This document shows, piece by piece, positions 31,270 to 41,872 of a DNA stretch of 64,000 nt. The position numbers were made by a program, and so were the translations under genes. Every line of letters begins with the position of its first letter. The stretch's first letter is position 1. Below the pieces are notes generated by a model. That model was given only the letters and a program-made list of their open reading frames with translations, did no database searches and had not been told where the DNA came from. The stretch comes from Candidatus Poribacteria bacterium (GTDB taxonomy: Bacteria; Poribacteria; WGA-4E; PCPOR2b), in assembly GCA_965208325.1 (NCBI GenBank), contig OZ242326.1, forward strand, positions 576,001-640,000, in the 5' to 3' direction.

Positions 31270-32196
31270 ATGCCCCCTATTGAAAAACTGATTGCTGATT
31301 TTGATGGAACGGTGTCTGAGGTGGATACGCTGGGTCTATTGGTGCAGAACGCCGCAAAACATCGGGCAACTGGCGGCGACATGGGAGCGCAACCGTCATT
31401 CTTAGAATGGCGTGAAACGGTGGAATGGTATTCAAAACAGCACGCTCGGATTGTGAACGAATGGCTTACCAATGACAGCGGGGGAACGACCGGCACGGAG
31501 GACAATCTAGAAGTTCACCCAGACCTAGCTGGACTCCGGAGATTCCTTGATGCCGCTGAGGTCCTGGAATATGACGCTACCCATAGAGTCATAGAAAGAA
31601 AATTCCTGTCAGGGCTCACAAAGGAGACGCTCCGGAAGATTGGCCGGTGCGTTCAATTGAGATCTGGGGTATTCACGCTAATGGAGGCGATGCGCGCGAA
31701 TGGTGTAAAGATTGAAATACTCTCTGCTAATTGGTCAAAGACCTTTATTCAAGGCGCGATGGGAGAGATGTGCGATCAGATTGTAACCAATAGCCTGATA
31801 TTTGATAAATCAGGGCGTTCAACAGGGGAAATTCATTTACGCGTGATTTCGGCACAAGATAAACTGAAACACTTTTTGAGGCGGAAAAGCCACCGCAATC
31901 AATTTACACCCTCGCAGGATGTGAAGGAACAGTACCGCAAGCTACAGCCACGGATCGGACGCACATTGTACATCGGTGATTCAGTTACAGATTTACTCGC
32001 CATTTTGGAGGCTGATGTCGGGGTGTTGATTGGCACCAAGCAAACCGCTGTTCAGGCAATGAAGCGGTTTGGTATTCCCACGCGAGAAATTACCGGCAAA
32101 GATAGATTTGGTTCCGTCCGTGATGTTTCACGCACCGTGCTACGTGTGGATTCATGGGAGACATTAGGGCATTTTCTCGGATATGAAAAGTCATAG
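31270..32196 (+). CDS. HAD superfamily hydrolase (thiamine-phosphate-phosphatase-like)
   Basis: DFDGT, LSANWS, K, YIGDSVTDLLAILEADVG. Confidence 0.8.
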   Translation: MPPIEKLIADFDGTVSEVDTLGLLVQNAAKHRATGGDMGAQPSFLEWRETVEWYSKQHARIVNEWLTNDSGGTTGTEDNLEVHPDLAGLRRFLDAAEVLEYDATHRVIERKFLSGLTKETLRKIGRCVQLRSGVFTLMEAMRANGVKIEILSANWSKTFIQGAMGEMCDQIVTNSLIFDKSGRSTGEIHLRVISAQDKLKHFLRRKSHRNQFTPSQDVKEQYRKLQPRIGRTLYIGDSVTDLLAILEADVGVLIGTKQTAVQAMKRFGIPTREITGKDRFGSVRDVSRTVLRVDSWETLGHFLGYEKS

Positions 32197-32406
32197 CCAA
32201 AACGACGAACAGACAGTGCGGTAGAAGCTACACAGATTTTAGCAACGCAAACGCCCAAGAAACGCATTATCACCCATTGTTCAACCAGGTTTCCGGATAT
32301 GAACACACGCAGTAATTGGATTAATCATCTCCGTTTCGAGGTTTGACTTATCATGTTGTTTTACGGGAGAGATTTGCGCGAGTGAGAATACAGGAGGGAA
32401 GTCATT

Positions 32407-33612
32407 ATGCTCAGTGTCGAGGAAGCGCGTAAACGGATATTGGACGCAACCCGCGTCTTGCCGCCGGAAAAACTCAGGATTATGGACTGTCTCGGATATG
32501 TCTTGGCGGAAGATGTGCACGCCGCCGAACATATACCGCCGTTTCGCAATTCGGCGATGGACGGATATGCAGTGGTTGCTGAAGATACACAGTCGGCTTC
32601 CAAAGATTTTCCAATTCAACTTTCGATTGTCGAATCTATACCCGCAGGCTATGCTCCAACCGAGTGCGTTGCACGCGGCCAAGCTGCCCGGATTATGACG
32701 GGGGCAATGATGCCCAATGGAGCAGATGCCGTTGTGATGATAGAGGAAACGCAATCTGAAAAGAATCTGGTTAAGGTCCTTGATAGTGTAGAAAAAGATG
32801 AGAATGTACGCTTCGCGGGTGAAAGCGTAAAGCAAGGCGATCTCGTGATGTCAAGAGGAAAGGAAATCCATCCGCCCGAAGTTTCCATGCTTGCCTCACT
32901 CAATCTACCGGCAGTCGAGGTGCACAAACGCCCCAAGGTTGCCGTGATTTCGACAGGCGACGAGCTAACACCTCTCGGCGGACCGCTGAAGCCTGGCAAG
33001 ATTCGAGATAGCAACCGTTACGGCATATGCGCCCAGATTCAGGAAGCTAAGTGCTTCCCGATTGATATGGGGATTGCCGTCGACGATGAAGTGGAGTTGG
33101 AACGTAAATTCCGTGATGCAGTAGGTCAAGCCGACGCTGTCGTCACCAGCGGCGGCGTATCAGTCGGAGACCACGACAGTGTGAGAGCGGTTCTCGCACG
33201 TATGGGTGAGATAAATTTCTGGCGTGTCGCGATGAAGCCGGGAAAACCACAGGCGTATGGATTCATTGACGGCGTGCCAATCTTTGGATTGCCGGGAAAC
33301 CCGGTATCGTCGCTTGTGGTGTTTGAATTATTTGTCCGTCCTGCCCTGCTCAAAATGGCGGGACACACCGATTTACTTCGTCCAACGTTCCAAGCCATTT
33401 TAGATGATGACGTGGTAAACAGGGATGGGCGCGTAAACTATCTGCGGACAATCATTACATCGCGCAACGGCAAATTTCATGCCCGGACGACGGGACCGCA
33501 AGGATCCGGCATACTTTACTCGCTCGTTTTAGCAAACGGCTTCATCATTATTCCGGCAGGTGCGACCATCAAAGCGGGCGAAACAGTCGAAGCACAGTTA
33601 CTGAAGTGTTGA
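32407..33612 (+). CDS. moeA: molybdopterin molybdenumtransferase
   Basis: SAMDGYAV, RIMTGA, STGDEL, SGGVSVG, MKPGKP, LPGNPVS. Confidence 0.97.
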   Translation: MLSVEEARKRILDATRVLPPEKLRIMDCLGYVLAEDVHAAEHIPPFRNSAMDGYAVVAEDTQSASKDFPIQLSIVESIPAGYAPTECVARGQAARIMTGAMMPNGADAVVMIEETQSEKNLVKVLDSVEKDENVRFAGESVKQGDLVMSRGKEIHPPEVSMLASLNLPAVEVHKRPKVAVISTGDELTPLGGPLKPGKIRDSNRYGICAQIQEAKCFPIDMGIAVDDEVELERKFRDAVGQADAVVTSGGVSVGDHDSVRAVLARMGEINFWRVAMKPGKPQAYGFIDGVPIFGLPGNPVSSLVVFELFVRPALLKMAGHTDLLRPTFQAILDDDVVNRDGRVNYLRTIITSRNGKFHARTTGPQGSGILYSLVLANGFIIIPAGATIKAGETVEAQLLKC

Positions 33613-33726
33613 CAGTTGCGCTATAATAAACTGTAATTTCTGTAGAGATTCCTAATGACTGATTAAAACTGGGTACAAACAAAGGTACGAACCGCGCCTT
33701 TAAATTAAAGCCTTCAAACTGAAACC

Positions 33727-33755
33727 TGTGAGGGATTGGTGCACCCAACCCTACA
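33727..33755. repeat. GTAG-type REP-like palindrome
   Basis: TGTGAGGGATTGG-TGCAC-CCAACCCTACA, resembles the element at 44238-44260. Confidence 0.5.
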
Positions 33756-33775
33756 AATTGAATGAGGGATCACAC

Positions 33776-34375
33776 ATGCCACGACAGGTTTTTGTCGATA
33801 TAGATACGCAACACGACTTCATTGATGCTGACGGCGCTCTTTCGGTGCCGGGAGCAGAGGATATCCGAGAAAATTTACATATGCTTACTAACCACGCGCT
33901 TGAAACTGGGGTGAAAATTATCGCCTCGGCGGATGCACATGCGCCTGACGATAAAGAGTTTGAGGTCTTCCCGCCCCATTGCGTACAAGATACGCCGGGG
34001 CAGAAAAAAATTGAGGAGACAAGCGTTGCCAACACGCAGGTCATCACAAACACCGCATCAGGAACCCATCCACACGAAGTGGTTAGCGGGGCGGATCTGG
34101 TCTTGTTAGAGAAACAGACATACGACGTCTTCACGAATCCGAACACGGCAGAGATTGTCCGGGCGGCAAACGCGGATGAACATATCGTTTACGGCGTTGC
34201 GACGGACTACTGCGTCAAAGCGGCAGTGTGCGGATTGCTTGATCGAGGGCATAACGTAATCGTCGTCGAGGATGCCATTGCGGCGGTGGACGAGAGTGCG
34301 GGCAATGACGCTATCGCATTGATGAAACGGCAAGGGGCAATTTTTAAGAAGACCCGTGAAATCATCGGTAGGTAA
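33776..34375 (+). CDS. pncA: nicotinamidase/isochorismatase family hydrolase
   Basis: DIDTQHDF, DAH, PPHCV..T.G, K, GVATDYCV. Confidence 0.85.
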   Translation: MPRQVFVDIDTQHDFIDADGALSVPGAEDIRENLHMLTNHALETGVKIIASADAHAPDDKEFEVFPPHCVQDTPGQKKIEETSVANTQVITNTASGTHPHEVVSGADLVLLEKQTYDVFTNPNTAEIVRAANADEHIVYGVATDYCVKAAVCGLLDRGHNVIVVEDAIAAVDESAGNDAIALMKRQGAIFKKTREIIGR

Positions 34376-34404
34376 TTCAGTCTGTTCTAGGGTAGCGGAA
34401 TCCA

Positions 34405-35352
34405 ATGAATGCTGAGAGGAAAACAGGTTTTGTTTACCATCCCGATTTTTTGAAGCACGATACTGGACACGGACACCCCGAACGTCCGGATCGGCTAAAG
34501 GCTTGTATTCAGTCCCTTCAGGCGTCGCATTTTTGGTCAGATTTAGTTCAAGTAAAACCAATAATTGCCACGATTGATCAGATTTGCGATGCGCATACGA
34601 AATCGTATGTGGCCCGAGTCAAGCGCCATAGTGCTGAGAGCGTTCCACTCGCTTCCGATACCCCGGTCTCAACCGATTCTTATAATGCGGCGTTATGCTC
34701 CGCGGGGAGCGTGCTTGCGGCGGCTGACGCCGTAATGACCGGTAAAGTTAAAAATGCGTTCGCCCTTGTTCGTCCCCCTGGCCACCACGCCACGTCGGAT
34801 CGAGGCATGGGATTTTGCTTATTCAATAATGTCGCCGTTGCGGCTAAATTTCTTCAACGAGAGCACAATGTCGGGAAAGTTGCGATTGTGGATTGGGATG
34901 TGCATCACGGCAACGGCACGCAAGACATTTTCTACAGCGATGAATCGGTTTTTTTCTTTTCTATTCACCAATTTCCGCTCTACCCCGGTTCAGGACTGGC
35001 TAGCGAGATTGGCGCTGGCAAAGGAATCGGTGCGACCTTAAATGCGCCGATGCGCGCCGAGAGTGAGGCGAACGACTATATTGAGGTGTTCAAAAGTTTG
35101 CTCATACCTGCGTTGAATAATTTTGCGCCGGACTTCATTATAATTTCGGCGGGATTCGATGCGCATCGCTTGGACTTGTTGGCATCAATGAACTTGACGG
35201 CAGTGGGGTTTGCGGATTTGACTGACATTATGGCAAAAATTGCTGCGCAGTGTTGTGAAGGTCGGCTGGTGTCGGCATTAGAAGGGGGCTACAGTCTTGA
35301 AGGGTTGTCAGAATCGGTCGTCGCCCATATTCAACGGCTGTTTGAGAATTAG
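34405..35352 (+). CDS. Zn-dependent histone deacetylase family protein
   Basis: HPERPDR, RPPGHHA, GFC.FNN, DWDVHHGNGTQ, SAGFDAH, LEGGY. Confidence 0.95.
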   Translation: MNAERKTGFVYHPDFLKHDTGHGHPERPDRLKACIQSLQASHFWSDLVQVKPIIATIDQICDAHTKSYVARVKRHSAESVPLASDTPVSTDSYNAALCSAGSVLAAADAVMTGKVKNAFALVRPPGHHATSDRGMGFCLFNNVAVAAKFLQREHNVGKVAIVDWDVHHGNGTQDIFYSDESVFFFSIHQFPLYPGSGLASEIGAGKGIGATLNAPMRAESEANDYIEVFKSLLIPALNNFAPDFIIISAGFDAHRLDLLASMNLTAVGFADLTDIMAKIAAQCCEGRLVSALEGGYSLEGLSESVVAHIQRLFEN

Positions 35353-35358
35353 AGAACG

Positions 35359-36552
35359 TTAAAATCTATCAGTTTCCCACAAGAACAACTCCCCGGGTGG
35401 GAAAAGTACACCAAGCAGCTCAATTTTACTGTCGTCAAGCGTCAATTCGTTGGAGAATGCAATCTGACGCGGCGTCATATTTCCGAACAACAGATTTAAC
35501 AGTTGTGTGTGGCTGACGGCGAGTTCGATGCTTGGCATTCCGATTAATGCTGAGCGCTTGAAAATTCCTCCGTCAACACTAAAGCATAAAATTTTGGTTT
35601 CGCAGCGGATAACAATCGATCCGCCCCATCCCGAAAAGTCAGAGTCATTGAGCCTTGTTTCGAATGTCGGCAGCATCTTCGTAAGCAGAGATTCGAGGTC
35701 AATTATCCGAATCATCGTATGATAATGTTCGACACGCTTCACTGCGCAGCCTGTAGCTGTAAGTAACTCGCGGCATTCGTGCGGAACAATGGCTTCAACT
35801 GAATTAACTTCCTCAACATTCGCTTGATTGAAGAAGCGGTGGAATAGTTCAATAGTTGCACTTTCAAAATTCGGCAGATAACCCATTTCGCGGATGAACC
35901 ACCGGTCGCACATGAGATAAGCGACGATTCGGCCGTTCTGCCGCGCTGTCCAGAAGAGTGTGGGATCGTAATCACGCCACTTCGGCCGGTTGTTCCAATA
36001 TTCGACAGATCTGACTATCGTCCCTGTACGGGACGCATTGAAGCGATTGTAAATTTCCCGCAACGCCCCTTCATCTTGATCCAGGTCACATTGCCGAACG
36101 ATCACGTCCGACGAATTTTCAAGCTTTTCAGGTAAAGCCAGGCGTGTCCTGAACATAGGGTACATCACCCAACCCGCCTTGGCGTAATGCGATTGGATGT
36201 CCGTAAAGAGAATCGAGAGGTCGTAACCCGCCGCACGCATGTATTGAACGCTATCCCGAATGACTTGCGATGAGTGTCCGGCACGGCGGTATTCAGGCCG
36301 CGTGCTGACGTTTCCGACTCCCCCCATCTGCACAACGCTGCCGCCAATTCGCATGGTACGCCGAAATATCTGAACGACGCTAACCACCTTCCCATCTACA
36401 AAGCAGGCGCGGGTATTGTTTAAGTCGAACCAAGGATCGAGTTTAACAATGTTCGTGAACATGTGCTCCGATTCATCGAACACACTTATGCTGCATTGAA
36501 TTGAATCGTCAAGTTCAGTTTGGTTTAGGGGAGCGCGGTATTGAATATTCAA
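35359..36552 (-). CDS. Eis-like GNAT acetyltransferase with SCP2-like C-terminus
   Basis: GGVGNVST.PEYRRAG, LF....HY.K.GW; tandem GNAT architecture. Confidence 0.8.
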   Translation of the reverse strand: MNIQYRAPLNQTELDDSIQCSISVFDESEHMFTNIVKLDPWFDLNNTRACFVDGKVVSVVQIFRRTMRIGGSVVQMGGVGNVSTRPEYRRAGHSSQVIRDSVQYMRAAGYDLSILFTDIQSHYAKAGWVMYPMFRTRLALPEKLENSSDVIVRQCDLDQDEGALREIYNRFNASRTGTIVRSVEYWNNRPKWRDYDPTLFWTARQNGRIVAYLMCDRWFIREMGYLPNFESATIELFHRFFNQANVEEVNSVEAIVPHECRELLTATGCAVKRVEHYHTMIRIIDLESLLTKMLPTFETRLNDSDFSGWGGSIVIRCETKILCFSVDGGIFKRSALIGMPSIELAVSHTQLLNLLFGNMTPRQIAFSNELTLDDSKIELLGVLFPPGELFLWETDRF

Positions 36553-37253
36553 GTCTTCCTACCGACGTGGATGGCAACAATGCCAAGGGTCTTTTGATAG
36601 TATCGCACATTAGCCAGACCGCAGCCTTCCATTACGGCTTTAAGCTGTTCACAATTCGGAAATTGCATGACTGATTCTGGAAGATAACCGTATGCATCGT
36701 CTTTGTTTCTTGAAATTAAATTGCCGATTACGGGCAATAGCCTTTTGAAATAGAAGAAATGGAGATTGCTAAAAACCGGTGCGGACGGCTGAGTAAACTC
36801 AAGAATTACAACACGGCCGCCTTTGACGGCGACTCGTGCCATCTCGCGGATTCCGCGCTCTAGCTTTGCCACGTTCCGAATACCGAACCCAACTGACACG
36901 ATATCGAAGGTATCGTCCGCAAATGGAAGTTGGAGCGTATCCGCCTCTACGGCAACCAAATCATGGGTCCTTTTCTGTTTTTCTACTTTCTCTTTGCCAA
37001 TCGCTAGCATTTCGAAGCAGAAGTCAGTGCCGATTACGGGTTTACCGTTACCCATTGCATCCGCGTAAGCAAGCGCGAGTTCACCGGTGCCTGTGCAAAC
37101 ATCAAGCACGCTATTGCCCGGTGCAACCTCGCTGACTCGGGCGGTAAATTTACGCCATGACCGGTCACACCCCATACTCAACAGGGTGTTGAGAAAATCG
37201 TAACGCCTTGCAATCGCGGAGAAAATGTTATGGATGTAGGTTTCTTTTTCCAT
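36549..37253 (-). CDS. ubiE: demethylmenaquinone/ubiquinone methyltransferase UbiE/MenG
   Basis: RYDFLN..LS.G.D..WR, LDVCTGTG, FGIRNV, LEF, YL.ESV..FP. Confidence 0.93.
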   Translation of the reverse strand: MEKETYIHNIFSAIARRYDFLNTLLSMGCDRSWRKFTARVSEVAPGNSVLDVCTGTGELALAYADAMGNGKPVIGTDFCFEMLAIGKEKVEKQKRTHDLVAVEADTLQLPFADDTFDIVSVGFGIRNVAKLERGIREMARVAVKGGRVVILEFTQPSAPVFSNLHFFYFKRLLPVIGNLISRNKDDAYGYLPESVMQFPNCEQLKAVMEGCGLANVRYYQKTLGIVAIHVGRKT

Positions 37254-37281
37254 AATCCGAACGGAAATCAGACACGCGTTG

Positions 37282-38073
37282 TCACGCGGACGGCAACTGG
37301 ATACTTGCCACAAATCGCCTCGTGAAATCGAGGTTCATTTTGGCAGAAGCGAAAGCATCCTCACCGGTCGGCGTTTCCAGTACGAACCAACCATCATAAT
37401 CGATATCCACAATTGCTTTGCTGACCTCTTCGAAGTCCACTTGTCCCCCGCCCAGAGGCTGCGAATCCGTATCCTTCATGTGCAGATAGCCAATATGCTC
37501 TGCGGTAAGCATTCGGATTTCCCGGGCGGGGTCGTAGCCCGCGCTTACGGCGTTACCCACATCGTAACAGAGGGCGACGGCCTCAATATCAACTGCCTCG
37601 AGCAGACGAAGTTGGTCCTCACCGCTCAATGTACATTCGAGAGCGAGTGTGACGCCGTATTGCGCGGCAACCACGCCTGTACGCTTTAGTCCATCCACCA
37701 GGCGCGGTGCCGTGGCGTGTTCTGAAATTAGCGTCGCCTCCTCAAAAAAGGGCAATACAATGAAGTTAGCCGCCAACCGCGGTGCAACGCGCGCCAAATA
37801 GTTTACGAATTTTATTCCCTCACGACGCAGGTCATCATCAGGATTCAAGAAGGTGCGTGGAATCAACGCCTGAGCCGTAAGTGCGGCGACACTACATCGT
37901 GACGAATCAATTAATTCTTGGACTTTTTCGACCCCTTCCTCGCTGAACAGTAAATGGTCTTGATAGTTATCTCCAATGCGGAACTCCAGGCCGTCAAAAC
38001 CAAGTTTCGCGGCTTGGGCGAATGTTTCCTCAAAGGGAACGGGCAACATCACATCACGAATACCGATTTGCAT
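37282..38073 (-). CDS. sugar phosphate isomerase/epimerase (AP endonuclease 2 TIM barrel)
   Basis: GFDGLE, LALE, YDVGN, HMKD, LG.G.VDF, VLET. Confidence 0.88.
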   Translation of the reverse strand: MQIGIRDVMLPVPFEETFAQAAKLGFDGLEFRIGDNYQDHLLFSEEGVEKVQELIDSSRCSVAALTAQALIPRTFLNPDDDLRREGIKFVNYLARVAPRLAANFIVLPFFEEATLISEHATAPRLVDGLKRTGVVAAQYGVTLALECTLSGEDQLRLLEAVDIEAVALCYDVGNAVSAGYDPAREIRMLTAEHIGYLHMKDTDSQPLGGGQVDFEEVSKAIVDIDYDGWFVLETPTGEDAFASAKMNLDFTRRFVASIQLPSA

Positions 38074-38242
38074 ACGTCTAATCCTTTTGTGACTGTCCAC
38101 GTTGGTTTGTACACACTAACAGACGAGCATCTATCCCAATCGGCAGATTACGACAACAGAGACCCGATACCAGTCCTTACGGAAATCCGGCAGCGTTGAG
38201 CTAAAATCGCAATGTGTGACGCTGAAGCCTGACACCGCTATT

Positions 38243-38653
38243 TCACACCCTTGATTCTAGGATTTGCATTAGTTCGAACACGAGGCCGTTGGGTGATCTG
38301 AAAAAGGCAATGCGCCGCATTCCCAATCCAACACTGATTTGCCGCGGCTCGAATAGTGTTTCTGCTCCCAGCCCCGCGGCTTGTTCGCAGGCTTTGTCCA
38401 AGTCTTCAACCTCGAACACCGCATGGGTCAATCCGGTCATGAGCGGGTAGTTAAGCGATTTTTCGAACAGCGGCGCCGGCATCAAAGACAGCCGCGTACC
38501 CCCGAATTCCAGTAACGCCACCTCGTAAGTTTTGCCATCAGCCGTTGAACGAGTTTCTCGCACCAGCACCTTGCCGCCTAAAGCTTCGAAAAAGTTGACT
38601 TCCTGATTTAGGTCTTCAATTTTTACGCCAAGGTTCCAGAGACTAGCCTCCAT
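38243..38653 (-). CDS. VOC/glyoxalase family protein
   Basis: GLTHAVFEVEDL, FFRSPNG..FEL. Confidence 0.82.
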   Translation of the reverse strand: MEASLWNLGVKIEDLNQEVNFFEALGGKVLVRETRSTADGKTYEVALLEFGGTRLSLMPAPLFEKSLNYPLMTGLTHAVFEVEDLDKACEQAAGLGAETLFEPRQISVGLGMRRIAFFRSPNGLVFELMQILESRV

Positions 38654-39604
38654 AATTCGCCGCCTTCGCGAGGATAAGGTTGCCGGTAACACACCTATTG
38701 TACCGGCGGCCCTTGTTTTGCAATCCGATGAGAGAATACCGCTGGCGGTAACCCAAGCCGTTGGTATTTCGGTTAGCAGAATGGTGAATTCCGATACTGT
38801 GGATAACAACACTTGTACCGGGGTGCAAGATGTTGAGTCGTCCTAATATTGCGCGGCGTGCGAGTCAGCGTATGAAAATTCTCAATACCCTTTCGATTCC
38901 ATCGGTGTCGTGTGTCAACAGCGGAAATAAATGTCAATCCGGTAAACATGGGAAGGACTGGCAAGGGTCGGTCGCCACCGAATTTGCGTTTGACCCAATG
39001 ACTTTGACAGATCGCAACGGTGTCCCTTTATGCGAGGCTGAGTCCTTGGGACACTCATGTCCACCGGCACAATCTTGATTGAATTTTGGTATTCGACGAC
39101 ACTTGAGAAACCCGTCCAACACTAGCTCCATGGCATGTTCGGCGTACCTATCCACGCGTCAGTTTCGACTCGCGCAAGAGTGCCCTTTTGTGCCCTTTTG
39201 TGCCCCATTTCGAAGTTTCCATTTTGGGACACTTCTCACGGTTCGGGTTGCACGTCCGGCTTGCGGTTACGATTTTACGGTTCAGCACGAGTAGTCAATC
39301 CTGTGGTAATGAAATTAAATGTACGATTTCCGCCCATTTTGAGAAAAAAAAGGCGAGGTTAGACATCCTTCAGCGCCCTCGCCTCGCCAACAAAAATTTA
39401 TTTTTTCAGATTTTGTGTAAAACATCTTTCTATTGCATTTTACACGATAATAAATACACATGTCAAGGAAATTTAAAGCCTACAAGCGAAAATTTATGGA
39501 GCGCGAGTGATGTCTACTACGCTAATACCCGAGGACTGTCGCGCTCCCTAAATTACCCAATAAATTATCGACCTCGCAAAACCGAGATATTAATTTGCGG
39601 CGGT

Positions 39605-40276
39605 TTAGAATTTCCCCGATGGGGATGTGCCAACACCTACCTTTACCCCCGTACCCTCCATCTGTTCCACGACGTGGCGAATGCAGTCGTCAACCGTTTT
39701 GAAAGGGGGATTGGTGTAGGATTCTAGGCTAAAACTCAAGTCATTTGCGCCAAAAACAAGCATATCAACCCCGGGTTTTGCCAGTTTCCGGGCATTGATA
39801 ACGGCATTAACAGATTCAATCTGTAGACAGAGAATACCATTATTGTTCCACCATTCGGCGTATTCGAGACGGTCAGGAATCGCTTTTATGCCGTAGCCGG
39901 AGCTGGGCCCCCAACTCCTTTTTCCCATCTGCGGATAGTAGAACGCATCAATCGCCTCGTCCACCGTCGATTCGTTCTCTACTTGCGGTATCACGATGGC
40001 TAGCGGCCCCAGATCGACGTAATTGCCAATGAGAAACGCGTGCCGTGTGTGTTTGATTCGGAACATAGCGGGCACACCCAGGTCCTCCGCCATGCCGCAA
40101 AACCGAACAAGTTCTTTTTCATCGAACGCCGAGTGTTGGCTGTCAATACCGACCAAATCGTATGAGTCCTTGCTGAAGATATCCTCAAGTTGCTCCTTGG
40201 TGGAATCCATGGGCGCACCGCCGACATTAACGGCTTCGCCGTTGTGTATGCGTTGTTTTAACGATAGTTCTGACAT
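39605..40276 (-). CDS. HpcH/HpaI aldolase family protein
   Basis: IDSQH, PQVE, YP..G.RS.G, QIES, FGANDL. Confidence 0.85.
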   Translation of the reverse strand: MSELSLKQRIHNGEAVNVGGAPMDSTKEQLEDIFSKDSYDLVGIDSQHSAFDEKELVRFCGMAEDLGVPAMFRIKHTRHAFLIGNYVDLGPLAIVIPQVENESTVDEAIDAFYYPQMGKRSWGPSSGYGIKAIPDRLEYAEWWNNNGILCLQIESVNAVINARKLAKPGVDMLVFGANDLSFSLESYTNPPFKTVDDCIRHVVEQMEGTGVKVGVGTSPSGKF

Positions 40277-40650
40277 ATCTCACGATCTCCTTTATTTTGG
40301 CTTAAACGATGCCGCAGGCTGAAAATAAATGTGTCAATCAATGAGTCGACCGCTGTCAGGCATTTTACGCCTTTTTTGTCTACTGATCAACAAAAATCTG
40401 TTCGTGCGTCTTTTCTCTCTTTTTTTGTATCAATGTTGTCATATTTTTTTGCATAGTTTGGCGGCTCGTTCCAAGAATGGGAGTAATTGTTGCCGGACTA
40501 TCGGCTTGCCGAACGAGGAGTGGTGTGCTATCATTGATTGAAAGCCGCACTATTTTTTGGGAGTGGTTTAGCGCTTGAATTTGGGCAACGGATTGGCGTA
40601 ACGTCTCAAGTGCCATAGCCAAAAATCAACTGCAGAAAGGACATCAAAAT

Positions 40651-41061
40651 ATGGCTACATTTTTGCACACACGTATTCGAGTCAGTGATCTAGAGCAATC
40701 AATCAAATGGTATTGCGACAATCTCGGTTTCGTTGTGAAACGCCGTAGCGACAGATCGCCGGCGGGCAACCAAATCGTCCATTTGGAGTTACCCGGTAAT
40801 GTCCCCACCCTAGAATTGACCTATTCCCCCGATTATGAACTGAGCGTTCCGGAAGATTTGATGCACCTCGCCATCGGCGTACCGAATCTCGTAGCCTGCT
40901 GCGACGAACTGGAAAATTCTGGCCTTGAAATCTGGCCAGACGGTTGGCGTGAGCAATTCACCTCGGGCGGCATGAAAATGGCCTTTATTACCGATCCAGA
41001 CGGCTATGAGGTAGAATTGCTTGAGGATATGGAGAAAATTATGGATGAGTTGAGCGAGTGA
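40651..41061 (+). CDS. lactoylglutathione lyase-like VOC protein
   Basis: LHTRIRVSDLE.S..WY, LELTY, HLAIGV, FITDPDGYEVEL. Confidence 0.88.
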   Translation: MATFLHTRIRVSDLEQSIKWYCDNLGFVVKRRSDRSPAGNQIVHLELPGNVPTLELTYSPDYELSVPEDLMHLAIGVPNLVACCDELENSGLEIWPDGWREQFTSGGMKMAFITDPDGYEVELLEDMEKIMDELSE

Positions 41062-41101
41062 GTTTAATCGCCGCCCAGTCTCATGTGGGGGAGACCTACA
41101 G

Positions 41102-41743
41102 ATGAAGTTGCTCTCGGTAAATGTTTCGAAACCGAAGCCTGTCTCATATAACGGTAAAACGATACACACAGGGATTTTCAAAGTTCCGGTGAAGGGGCGC
41201 GTTGTCCTTAAAAGATTGAACTTGGACGGTGACGGGCAGGGCGATTCAACGGTACACGGCGGCGTGGACAAGGCAGTCTACGCCTACCCAAATGAGCATT
41301 ACGAGCATTGGCGGCGAGAACTCTCGCGTGACAATCTGGCCTACGGGCAGTTCGGCGAGAACTTTACCGTGGGCGGCATGTTGGAGGATGGCGTTCATAT
41401 CGGAGACATATTCCGGGTAGGGTCGGCATTGGTGGAAGTGTCGCAGCCGCGCGTGCCGTGTTTTAAGCTTGGGCTAAAGATGGGTATTCCAACATTTCCG
41501 AAACAGTTCTTGGCGAGCGGACGGTCGGGGTTCTACCTGCGTGTACTGGAACCGGGGGAGGTCGGCGCTGGCGATGCGATCGAACGGGTTAAGGTTGGGC
41601 ACAAATGCCTAACGGTAAAGGCGGTACACCACCTGCTGTATTTCGACAGCGGTAATTTGGAAGAAATTCACGAGGTTGTAAGCATCCCCGCCTTGGCGGC
41701 GAGTTGGCGCGAATCATTCGAGAAGGTGTTAGCAAAAGCCTGA
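41102..41743 (+). CDS. MOSC domain protein (YiiM-like) with 3-alpha domain
   Basis: GD.Q.D..VHGG.DKAVY, FGEN, QPRVPCFKL, GFYLRVL. Confidence 0.92.
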   Translation: MKLLSVNVSKPKPVSYNGKTIHTGIFKVPVKGRVVLKRLNLDGDGQGDSTVHGGVDKAVYAYPNEHYEHWRRELSRDNLAYGQFGENFTVGGMLEDGVHIGDIFRVGSALVEVSQPRVPCFKLGLKMGIPTFPKQFLASGRSGFYLRVLEPGEVGAGDAIERVKVGHKCLTVKAVHHLLYFDSGNLEEIHEVVSIPALAASWRESFEKVLAKA

Positions 41744-41762
41744 AATCACACGAAAGTGAAAT

Positions 41763-41810
41763 GCGGCGAATGGTTAGTGGAAAGCACGAAATTCACTAAC
41801 CACTCGCCGC
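41763..41810. terminator. 17-bp inverted repeat between convergent genes
   Basis: GCGGCGAATGGTTAGTG ... CACTAACCACTCGCCGC (one mismatch). Confidence 0.55.
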
Positions 41811-41872
41811 TAATGTACAAATCGCCGTTCATGGATGACTTCCTGATGCCGACGATGGAAATCACCCCAACG

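Noticed and set aside
38654..39600. Short ORFs and the GTGCCCTTTT mini-repeat in the gap between the VOC and HpcH genes
   Set aside because: No RBS-supported ORF or recognisable family; may be a decayed gene but I cannot support a call
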